Assembly (NCBI GenBank): GCA_031962025.1
Contig: JAVRKW010000004.1
Length of the DNA: 64,000 nucleotides
Reading direction: 5' to 3' (one strand)
From: Pseudothermotoga sp.
Lineage (GTDB): Bacteria > Thermotogota > Thermotogae > Thermotogales > DSM-5069
The notes beneath the pieces were generated by a model. That model did not search any database, had not been told where the DNA came from, and saw nothing but the letters and a program-made list of their open reading frames with translations. Position 1 is the stretch's first letter. Every line of letters begins with the position of its first letter. Below, in pieces: positions 45,240-53,414 of the stretch. The translations under genes were made by a program, and so were the position numbers.

Positions 45240-45429
45240 ATCTAACGCTCCCAATTGAATTTTTCACCAGAGCCTTATTTATTATATCTCTGCTATTAGT
45301 GGTATCAAAACCTGTCGATGATGACACCACGATTTTTCCAGTATGCCTTAAGATGTGTATGATACCCTCAAGAGATTGCAAATAGACAAATTTGATAACC
45401 TGGTAACTGTTTTCAAAATGAATCTTTCA

Positions 45430-46830
45430 TCACTTGAAGCTTTTGAGCTGATTTTTCAACAGGGTTATTTCAGATCTATAGAGGAGTAAAACAAGAAAAA
45501 TCCCTGTGGTGCACACAGAAAGAAAGACCGGGATGTTTTTCAAAAAAGTTCCAAAAAAGGCCACTGTGGAAATCACCAAAGTTCCAATGTAGATCTTTTT
45601 CAGATCAAAACCAACCGGATAGAGTTTTTCGGCTATGGATGTTCTTAATGTGAAAAACACAATGTAGGAAAGTCCTGTAGATACAGCGGCACCTTTTGCA
45701 CCAAAGTATGGAACAAGAAGCTGGTTTCCAGCAAAGTTGGCAAATGCAGATATGCCGGTTACAACAATATGCCAGTACGTCTTTTTGGTGAAGTTGATGC
45801 CAAGAACTGTAGTTTCTGATATAACGTACATGACTGGTTGAAGAATTAAGAAAGGTGCTATGAAAGAAGCGTCTCTGTAACTTTTTTCAAAAAGCAGAAA
45901 AATCACATCTTTGAAAGCAAGAACCAAGAAACCAAATACAAAGATAGCAAAACTTACTGCTCGATTGGCTTTTTTGAAGAATTCCTTAGAATTCGTCTGA
46001 GACTCAAATTTTTCGTAAGCGAGTGGTACCCAAAAAGTAGTGAATCCTGTCTGAAAAAGTTGCATCACAGACACTATCTTAAAAGCCGCACTGTAAAGTC
46101 CTATTTCTGTGAAGTTCGAATATTGCCTTAAAGAGATCCTGTCTATTGAAGAAAAAAGCCAGAAAAGTAGAGAAGTTGGAAGAAGAGGAAAACCATATTT
46201 TAGAAGCTCTCCTATGTTTTTGAAATTCACTTTTGAAAGTTTTCGCGATTCTCTGTCTATAATGAAACCTAAACTCAAAGCCAGTATGTTTCCAGTAACC
46301 TGCCCAAAAACGATAGCATAAAAATTCCTTGATACTACCACAGCAAAGACAATGGAACCTCCCACGTTTCCAAGAGAATTTGCAATATCAAGAAGGGAGT
46401 AAAGAAGTCCTCTTTTTTGCATCCTTATAGAGAGCTGATTGAATCGCTGAAGAATACCTGTCATCAAGGAGATGGAAAAAAGAAATCCTATGCCTTGATA
46501 GTTTTTGCCATACAGAACTATATTAAAAGGTGATTCAAAGAAAATAAAGATGAAAGACACAGAAACACCAAGGACAAAAGGTAAAAACATACAACTCCAG
46601 AACAATTCACTTTTTTTCTCTTCCTGGTAATAATACCTCACGTAACTTTGATCGAGTCCCATTAGAGAGACAAGCAGAGCGATGTTATAAAAAAGAGTGA
46701 AAATCGCCGCTCTACCGAATTCTTCTGGAACGATCAAGTAGCTTATTACAGGCGTGGAGAAGAAGCTAACAACCGCACGGATCCATGTACCAGCGGAAAA
46801 TGAGAGAAAACCTTTTATGTATTGTTTCAC
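45430..46830 (-). CDS. Polysaccharide flippase (Wzx-like)
   Basis: About 12-14 TM segments; PEEFG, LKYGFPL, IDR, GLYSAA, GAKGAA. Confidence 0.88.
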   Translation of the reverse strand: MKQYIKGFLSFSAGTWIRAVVSFFSTPVISYLIVPEEFGRAAIFTLFYNIALLVSLMGLDQSYVRYYYQEEKKSELFWSCMFLPFVLGVSVSFIFIFFESPFNIVLYGKNYQGIGFLFSISLMTGILQRFNQLSIRMQKRGLLYSLLDIANSLGNVGGSIVFAVVVSRNFYAIVFGQVTGNILALSLGFIIDRESRKLSKVNFKNIGELLKYGFPLLPTSLLFWLFSSIDRISLRQYSNFTEIGLYSAAFKIVSVMQLFQTGFTTFWVPLAYEKFESQTNSKEFFKKANRAVSFAIFVFGFLVLAFKDVIFLLFEKSYRDASFIAPFLILQPVMYVISETTVLGINFTKKTYWHIVVTGISAFANFAGNQLLVPYFGAKGAAVSTGLSYIVFFTLRTSIAEKLYPVGFDLKKIYIGTLVISTVAFFGTFLKNIPVFLSVCTTGIFLVLLLYRSEITLLKNQLKSFK

Positions 46831-46833
46831 ATT

Positions 46834-48015
46834 TCAACCCACCTGACCGTAAATTTCTATTTCCCTTTTCACAACCTCTTCCCATGTGAAATTCTTTGCT
46901 CTTTCTATCAATCTGTTTCTATCATAGCCATTCTTCAAAACATCGATCACTCTTTTTGCAAACCTTTCTTCAAAGTTTTCCCCTTCTTCCACCACGTACT
47001 CATCAAAACCAATTGCCTCTGGAATTCCACCGTTACTGCTTCCAATCACACACGTACCACAGGCTTGAGCTTCTATTACAACAGCTCCAAATCCTTCTTT
47101 CCTGCTTGGAAGTATCATCACATCCATTGCGTTCATGTACTCAGCCACCTTTTCCTGCGGCACCCTTCCTGTGAATATTATGTCGAGCCCTTTTGTTTCT
47201 TCTTCTATCTTTTTCCTCAAGTGTCCATCTCCTACAACTATGAAGAATGTTTTTGAAAGTTCTGTATGAATAAAGTTGAATATCTCTGAAAGTTTGTCTG
47301 ATCTTTTTATTGGTATCAAGTTTCCAACAAAGCCAACGTATTTGTATCCTTCTTTGTATATTCCAAGTTTTTTTCTTGCTTCTTCCTTATCCATCGGCTT
47401 GAATATGTCTGGGTCGTACCCGTTGGGTATCACAACCGCGTTTTTTCCAGAATATCCAAAAGACTTTGCTTTTTCAAGAAGGGCTTTGCTCACAAAAATG
47501 CATTTTGAAGCTTTTTCAAGAGTCTGGATGTATCTTTTCTTTCTTTTTGGCATAACCACATTCACGTCACTGCCATGCAAAGTTACTACAAAAGGTTTGT
47601 GGTACTTTTCTGCTAAAAGACATGCTATTTCCCCTGCTGGAATATGGTACATACCATGAGCGTGTATCAAATCAAATTGCAAGACATCAATGCTGTTCTC
47701 TATTAAGTGAAGATACTCTTTCGTGTAACCTCTACCATCGAACAGTTTGCCAAAAATCGTTCTCATAAGACCTTGGCGGATCAAAACAAGCTCGAACTGA
47801 ACATTTTGAAATTTTTTCAGCGGTTCTGAAAACTCTCTTTTCAAAAGCCTTTTTATAAATCTCACGGTAAGATTGTCCAAAAATCCCGGTGATAAGGCAA
47901 GGTATTCGACACCAAACTTTTGGTACTGTTCAAGTCTTCTCACCACAAAAACGCCCGACAATGGATTTTTTTTCAACGGAAAAAGGTTTGTGATGATTAA
48001 AACCTTCATTTTCAC
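46834..48015 (-). CDS. Glycosyltransferase family 4
   Basis: HAH, TLHGSD, IPNG, EGFGAVVIEAQACG. Confidence 0.9.
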   Translation of the reverse strand: MKMKVLIITNLFPLKKNPLSGVFVVRRLEQYQKFGVEYLALSPGFLDNLTVRFIKRLLKREFSEPLKKFQNVQFELVLIRQGLMRTIFGKLFDGRGYTKEYLHLIENSIDVLQFDLIHAHGMYHIPAGEIACLLAEKYHKPFVVTLHGSDVNVVMPKRKKRYIQTLEKASKCIFVSKALLEKAKSFGYSGKNAVVIPNGYDPDIFKPMDKEEARKKLGIYKEGYKYVGFVGNLIPIKRSDKLSEIFNFIHTELSKTFFIVVGDGHLRKKIEEETKGLDIIFTGRVPQEKVAEYMNAMDVMILPSRKEGFGAVVIEAQACGTCVIGSSNGGIPEAIGFDEYVVEEGENFEERFAKRVIDVLKNGYDRNRLIERAKNFTWEEVVKREIEIYGQVG

Positions 48016-48337
48016 CCTCCACAGATCAAATGCAATCTATCACGATTCTATCATGAATGCAAGATAAAACAATCTTTCTGGTGTTGCTTTCAACGACATT
48101 TTATTTTAACTGAACTGGTACAATCACCAGAATAGCGATGGATAAAGAAAAATCATGCCATGGCATCTAATTAGATTCAACTAAGTTCCAAGATCGGCTT
48201 GAATAAAGTGTTTATTTTGAAAAAGTGGTTTTTTCCCTTTGAAGTTCAAAGGTATGGTTTTTCGTGTGATATATACGTTCGTATACTATATATTGGGATC
48301 AACACCCGGGTGTACCCAAAAAATACAAGGAGGTGTT

Positions 48338-48535
48338 ATGGTGAAACAGCTCAGGATTGTTTACAACACAGGTGAACTGTCACAGACAGGTCGTCCTATC
48401 GTGCGAAGAAACAACATCGATGTGGAAGAAACAGTGGATTCTTCAAAGGCATTGCAGATAGCTCAGATCATTGACAGTCTGACAAACTACACAGTTCAGG
48501 AAGTGTATTTGATACTCACCACACAGGTTATGTAA
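48338..48535 (+). CDS. Small protein, DUF1659-like
   Basis: AAGGAGG RBS; LRIVYNTG...GRPIVRR...IAQIIDSL resembles the DUF1659 pattern (recalled, not searched). Confidence 0.6.
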   Translation: MVKQLRIVYNTGELSQTGRPIVRRNNIDVEETVDSSKALQIAQIIDSLTNYTVQEVYLILTTQVM

Positions 48536-48548
48536 GGAGGTGTGAAAA

Positions 48549-48758
48549 ATGAAAAGGTTGTTTTTGGATTTTGTAGATCAAGTTGAAGGTAAAAGAAGAA
48601 GGATAACGATTCAATCACCAAAAGAAGATCTCACAAGTCAGCAGGTTTCAGAAGCAATGGATATGTTAATAAGCCTTGGAGCACTGCCAAATACCTATGT
48701 AAAAGACAGAGCTGCAATAGTGGAAACAAATTCCAATGAATTTTTCAATCTACTTTAA
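48549..48758 (+). CDS. Small protein, DUF2922-like
   Basis: AAGGAGG RBS; KRLFLDF...GKRRRITIQSPKEDLT..QV..AMD...AAIVET matches the DUF2922 pattern (recalled, not searched). Confidence 0.72.
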   Translation: MKRLFLDFVDQVEGKRRRITIQSPKEDLTSQQVSEAMDMLISLGALPNTYVKDRAAIVETNSNEFFNLL

Positions 48759-48770
48759 GGAAGTGGTTGA

Positions 48771-49016
48771 ATGAATCTGTTTGAGACTTTTCAGATCATA
48801 GGAAGGATAGTGTCTTTGGGAGTGTTTATTGTAGAAAGGCCAAAAGATGGAGCAAAGAAGAAGGAAGAAGTCAAGAAAATGGTTTTTGATTTTCTGAACG
48901 ATTTCAACATAAGGCTGCCTATACCAGATATCATCCTGAATTATGTACTTGATTTCATGATAGACAACCTGGTGGATTTCTTAAACCAGACTTTATGGAA
49001 AAAGCAGGCAGCTTGA
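48771..49016 (+). CDS. Small helical hypothetical protein (DGAKKKEEV motif)
   Basis: AAGGAAG RBS; 81 aa amphipathic protein, co-oriented and tightly spaced. Confidence 0.65.
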   Translation: MNLFETFQIIGRIVSLGVFIVERPKDGAKKKEEVKKMVFDFLNDFNIRLPIPDIILNYVLDFMIDNLVDFLNQTLWKKQAA

Positions 49017-49375
49017 ACAGGAGGGAGGGTCATCCCTCCTGTTTTGAAGAGTATTTTGAAAAATACCAGCCTTTGTTGAAAAAGATCTGCAAAGAGTTCT
49101 GGGAAAAGTACTGTTACAGGATCGATTCGTGGAATGATTTATACCAGACGATACAGTATTTATTCATCTATGCATACGACATCTGGCAGCCTGAAAAAGG
49201 TTCTTTTGAAGCTCATCTACAAAGGGTAATTAGATACAAATTGAAGTCCATGCTCAAAGGAGAGTACGCACCTTTGAGCAAGCAAAGCCCATTCACATTT
49301 TTGAAAGACAGAAAAATTCAGCTCTATCTTTTGGAGGAAGATGAACTGGAACATTATCTATGTGAATATGAATGA
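48995..49375 (+). CDS. Sigma-70 region-2-like protein lacking region 4
   Basis: FEKYQPLLKKI...DLYQ...AYDIWQPEKGSFEAHLQRVIRYKL resembles sigma region 2 (D-L-x-Q...FDPxKGxF); start codon uncertain. Confidence 0.6.
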   Translation: MEKAGSLNRREGHPSCFEEYFEKYQPLLKKICKEFWEKYCYRIDSWNDLYQTIQYLFIYAYDIWQPEKGSFEAHLQRVIRYKLKSMLKGEYAPLSKQSPFTFLKDRKIQLYLLEEDELEHYLCEYE

Positions 49376-49383
49376 ATATGAAT

Positions 49384-49414
49384 AAAGCCCCCTTTTAAGG
49401 GGGCTTTGGTTTTT
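49384..49414. terminator. Intrinsic terminator closing the four-gene cassette
   Basis: AAAGCCCCCTT-TT-AAGGGGGCTTT perfect 11-bp stem followed by GGTTTTT. Confidence 0.8.
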
Positions 49415-49432
49415 GGTATCACCATGGCCGAT

Positions 49433-49741
49433 GTGAACTACCATCCACCTAAAAGGTAGAGGCTTTGTGAGAAGTTTGGCAGTAATTTAGCTGCCCTTAT
49501 TCTCACAGGGTGGTTCACACACCCACTACTGGTTATCTGCTTTGCCACAGACTCACCAGCTACCTTTGCAAGTATGTTTATTGCTCCGTTGATATCTGCA
49601 TTCATTACATGCCCATAGTTCTTGCATACATATAGCCCTCTGTGTTTTCTGTTACTTTTATTCACCTTGAAAGTATTGTACCATACTGTTAGCAATTCAT
49701 CTCCATCTTGTAGAAGATGGAGTCTTCTTGCTTTATCCTTG
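49433..49741 (-). mobile_element. Internally deleted, non-autonomous IS200/IS605-family element with a tnpB 3' remnant
   Basis: Minus strand: TTTAT|CAAGG...left-end hairpin CTCCATCTT-N4-AAGATGGAG, then the TnpB C-terminus (HRGLYVCKNYGHVMNADINGAINIL), then right end AAGCCTCTACCTTTTAGGTGGATGGTAGTTCAC. Confidence 0.82.
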
Positions 49742-49918
49742 ATAAATACTAATTCAGCAAAAATCAGGCAGAACTTTTTTCAAACCTTCTGAAGAAAGTC
49801 AATGGGGGTGAAATAATCCTTGTTGGCAAATGTATAAAAACCAATTACAAAAAACATTATTTTCTCTTTCAGATGAAAGATCCACGTAGAATTCTGTGAT
49901 TTTTAGATTTTTTCTCAT

Positions 49919-51085
49919 TCACGAACTGTTTTCTATCCTTTCTATCAATGGCTTTAGTTTTATCTCCCATGTGAGATATTCTTCTGCATATTTTCTCATC
50001 TTTTGAGGATAATCTGGTTGTTTAGCCACGAGTTTGTTGTACCATTTTAAAACAGCTTCTATATCGACAGGGGATTCATTTTCAGGTATTTTGAACATGT
50101 ATTCGAAGTCTTCTGGAAAGTCCGGATCACGGCTCGAACAAATGAAGGGAATCCCACGTGCACAGTACTCTCTGATTTTCAGTTCAGAAGTCTTGAACAT
50201 TCCCTTCCTATGATTTCCAAGTGAACTAATTCCTATATGGGATTTTTCAAACAATTCGTTAAGTTCTTCTCCATTCTTTGTTCCATGAAATATAACATAA
50301 TCTTCTATTCTTAATCTTTCTGCGAGTTTTTTCAATTTTGGAAGTTCTCGTCCATCTCCTACGACTTGGAAGTAGACCTTTCTTTCGGGTTTTTTCCTGT
50401 AATACTCACCGAGCCCTTTTATTACTCGATCATACCCATGCCAGTAGGCAACGTTGGCAACACTTATTAGATTTAACGTGTTATTTAATGTTCGAGGCTC
50501 TAACATTGGTACTTGCGATAGGTCTATACCGTTACTTATCACTAGGACTTTATTTTCGTACCCTTTCAAAACAGGTGACATTTCACCAATAGAGACTATT
50601 AAATCAGTAAGCTGATAAACTTTTTTGTGGTATAGCTGAAAAAAGAAGAATTTGTACCACCCTTTGGGAAAATCGCTGATGTATTCTTTCAAAAAAGTTG
50701 ATGTAGGTATTTCCAAGATGATTTTAAAATTCTTTTGCTTGAGAATTTGGAGTAACTTAAGAGAATATTTATCGTATAAACCTTGTCTTAGATAGGCAAT
50801 ATTGGCTTTGCTGTCAATTCCAAAGCAAATTTTCGGGAAAATATCAACGAGTTTTTTATAATAGAAAGCTTTTTCAAAGATGTTGTTGAGACTCCAAAGT
50901 GTAGTTGATTTTAAAATATTTCCATCTTTCGTTAAAATTTCACAAACTATTTTCCCATCTTTAGTTGCTATTAGACTCACATTTTCAGAGGTGTAGTGTG
51001 AGAAGCATTTTATTTGTGAATAGATTTTTTTGCAAACACCTATGGATTTACGCAGATCCTCAATTGTGGAGATGTAGATAATCAA
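49919..51085 (-). CDS. Glycosyltransferase family 4
   Basis: ISNGID, WHGYDR, VGDG, LKIREYCARGIPF. Confidence 0.87.
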   Translation of the reverse strand: MIIYISTIEDLRKSIGVCKKIYSQIKCFSHYTSENVSLIATKDGKIVCEILTKDGNILKSTTLWSLNNIFEKAFYYKKLVDIFPKICFGIDSKANIAYLRQGLYDKYSLKLLQILKQKNFKIILEIPTSTFLKEYISDFPKGWYKFFFFQLYHKKVYQLTDLIVSIGEMSPVLKGYENKVLVISNGIDLSQVPMLEPRTLNNTLNLISVANVAYWHGYDRVIKGLGEYYRKKPERKVYFQVVGDGRELPKLKKLAERLRIEDYVIFHGTKNGEELNELFEKSHIGISSLGNHRKGMFKTSELKIREYCARGIPFICSSRDPDFPEDFEYMFKIPENESPVDIEAVLKWYNKLVAKQPDYPQKMRKYAEEYLTWEIKLKPLIERIENSS

Positions 51086-52311
51086 CTTTTATCACCCACT
51101 TTAATCTTATGTATTCTCAAACTACGCCCAAGTGTTAAAAAAACGAAGTAAAGCACAGGTGCCGAGAAAAAATCCCCGCCTGTTACAGACCACATTATGA
51201 TACTCTGTAAAATTAAAAACTCAGCTAAACTTTTCTTGAATTTGTCATGTGAAGAATTTTTAAGTATTAAGATGAGAAACACCATAAAAAAAAGCAGACC
51301 TGTTATTCCAGCAGATCTTAAAATATCCAAATATAGGGATTCAGAAAATCCCATTTTAATTAATCTATATGAAATATTCTCATCAAAACCTACTCCAAAA
51401 AATAGATTCGATGGCTTAATATTTAGGAATAAAGTTTTATAGTTCACCAATCTTCCATAGGAGGATGGATCCAGCGAATTTCCCTCAAAAGTATTCAATA
51501 ATCTATCGAAAACAGTTGCTGGCATTAATATTATGATAAATACAACTATGAGTATTGATATCAAGGATATTTTTATAGAAAATTTGATTCCTTTTTTTTT
51601 GATGAGGAAATCCTTTAAAACATAATACAGTAATGTTATTAAAAACGTTAAAGTGCCTCCCCTCGAAAAAGATGTGATAATATTTATAAGCGAGACCACA
51701 AAAACTCCTAGATAAATTTTACGAAGGTTCTTAATATTAGAATTGAAAGTGAGATTATGAGTGAGTATAAAGACAGCTATACTCCATGAGCACAATAAAT
51801 TTCCACTTCCACCACCAATCGGTTTTAAAAATAAGAAAGAATTCAATGACAGTGCATAACCGCAAATAGGTATATTTCTCAATCCAGTGGAATAACCCCA
51901 CAATATTTCTGATATTGACGGTGGATCTATGATGTACCTAGTGATCATAATGGATAAAGATGCAAAGCTGCCTATGAAAAACGGAGTGAGAAAATAATAT
52001 TTGAAGAAATTGATATCATCTTTGGTGAATCTTTGAGCACATACAATTAATACAAAATAGAGAATAGTTCTCAAATAATATAGCATTGCACTTACAGGAA
52101 AAACGCTTTCAGCTAATCCAGAAACCATAGAACTTATAAGGATATTGTATGTTACGAAAACAAAGAGGATGACAATCTCAGAGGAAATAAAGATGACCTC
52201 ATTTTTTTTAATCAATAGGGTCAATATATATAGAGCCAAAAGAATCTCTCCTATTAGAATTCCTTGATTTCCTGAGATGGGAATTTTCGGAAGTAATAAA
52301 ATAAGATTCAT
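51082..52311 (-). CDS. Polysaccharide polymerase / O-antigen ligase-like (Wzy) membrane protein
   Basis: About 10-11 TM segments; SFSRGG, SSYGR, FGVG motifs; AT-rich, inside a glycosyltransferase cluster. Confidence 0.72.
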   Translation of the reverse strand: MNLILLLPKIPISGNQGILIGEILLALYILTLLIKKNEVIFISSEIVILFVFVTYNILISSMVSGLAESVFPVSAMLYYLRTILYFVLIVCAQRFTKDDINFFKYYFLTPFFIGSFASLSIMITRYIIDPPSISEILWGYSTGLRNIPICGYALSLNSFLFLKPIGGGSGNLLCSWSIAVFILTHNLTFNSNIKNLRKIYLGVFVVSLINIITSFSRGGTLTFLITLLYYVLKDFLIKKKGIKFSIKISLISILIVVFIIILMPATVFDRLLNTFEGNSLDPSSYGRLVNYKTLFLNIKPSNLFFGVGFDENISYRLIKMGFSESLYLDILRSAGITGLLFFMVFLILILKNSSHDKFKKSLAEFLILQSIIMWSVTGGDFFSAPVLYFVFLTLGRSLRIHKIKVGDKS

Positions 52312-53414
52312 CTTTTGTCACCTAGTATTACCTTGGAATACATTTCATCAATAAGCTTTACTGTTTCACAACAATTGAACAACCTTTTCAGATGATTATA
52401 TGCCCTTAAACGTTTTTTATTTACTTTCTCAGGATTTTTGTGAAGATCATCAAAGAAATTCAACAAGGAATGCAAAAAGCTTTCCGGAGTAAACGAACTT
52501 GAGAGATATCCATAAGAATTATCCGGTATAATGTCTATTATCCCTCTCGCAGGTGTAGCGATTATTGGTAGCCCATATTTTATCCCTTCTAAAACCACAA
52601 AAGGCATACCCTCAAATCGAGACGGGACCACCAAAGCATCATAATTATTTACATTTATTTCAGAAAAGTTTTTCGATCCTTTAAAGCATACTTTGTCATT
52701 TAGATTTAACACGCTTACCATTCTTCTTAAATTATTTCTTTCTTTTCCATCTCCGTAAATATCAAGTATGAAATTATAACTAATATTTTTAAGTGATTTT
52801 AATAGTATATCCAATCCTTTTTGCTTGGAAAGTCTCCCAACAAATAATAATTTTACAACATCTTTTTCTTCTATGTGCAGTTTTTGAGAATCATTTTCAA
52901 TTTTGCCTTCCATTTCAATGCAATTGTAGATAATTTTTGTTTTGTTTTTATCTATTTGAACAAATCTAAGAAAGAATTCTCTTTCACTTTCAGAAACAAA
53001 ATGATACATTTTCGTTTTCTTAATTGCGGATCTTTCCCAATTTAGGTATATTGCTCTTATAATTTTGGGAAGAAGTTCTGTATTGAATCCATGTAATGTA
53101 TAAATAGTCCTACTCCAGTATTTTTTTGGTAAAAGCAATCTTCCATATAAACCAGCGCCTCTACCGTGGAGGTGTATGACGCTTGGCTCAATTTTTTTCA
53201 GAATCTTTCTTATTACAATTGCATCTGCTAAAAAGAAACCAGGCAGGATGAAAATAGCCTTATCTCCAAAAAAACTGCGAGCATCACTGACCAATTCTCC
53301 TGGTCTTCCAACCAAAATATGTTGATAGTGTGGTAGTTTTTCCTTTACCAGTTTTATAAATTTATATCCCCCACCCATGGAAATCCTAGAAGTTATATGA
53401 AGAATTTTCATCAT
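52308..53414 (-). CDS. Glycosyltransferase family 4
   Basis: YTLHG, VGRLSKQKG, PSRFEGMPFVVLE. Confidence 0.9.
   Translation of the reverse strand: MMKILHITSRISMGGGYKFIKLVKEKLPHYQHILVGRPGELVSDARSFFGDKAIFILPGFFLADAIVIRKILKKIEPSVIHLHGRGAGLYGRLLLPKKYWSRTIYTLHGFNTELLPKIIRAIYLNWERSAIKKTKMYHFVSESEREFFLRFVQIDKNKTKIIYNCIEMEGKIENDSQKLHIEEKDVVKLLFVGRLSKQKGLDILLKSLKNISYNFILDIYGDGKERNNLRRMVSVLNLNDKVCFKGSKNFSEINVNNYDALVVPSRFEGMPFVVLEGIKYGLPIIATPARGIIDIIPDNSYGYLSSSFTPESFLHSLLNFFDDLHKNPEKVNKKRLRAYNHLKRLFNCCETVKLIDEMYSKVILGDKR

Noticed and set aside
45240..45429. Possible gene remnant between the flippase and the broken glycosyltransferase
   Set aside because: No recognisable motif in the frames I read.
49363..49382. 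Tandem repeat TGAATATGAA x2 at the ORF4 stop as a target-site duplication
   Set aside because: The copies are adjacent and removing one leaves the same protein. It looks like neutral slippage, with no matching copy seen at the other cassette end.
48995..49741. Sigma-like gene next to a TnpB remnant and omega-RNA as an RNA-guided transcription-activation system
   Set aside because: The TnpB is a short C-terminal fragment inside intact IS ends, convergent with the cassette and separated by a terminator. An independent insertion explains this better.
51592..51600. A9 tract in the wzy-like gene as a phase-variation switch
   Set aside because: In frame, encodes a Lys run, and is expected by chance in such AT-rich DNA.
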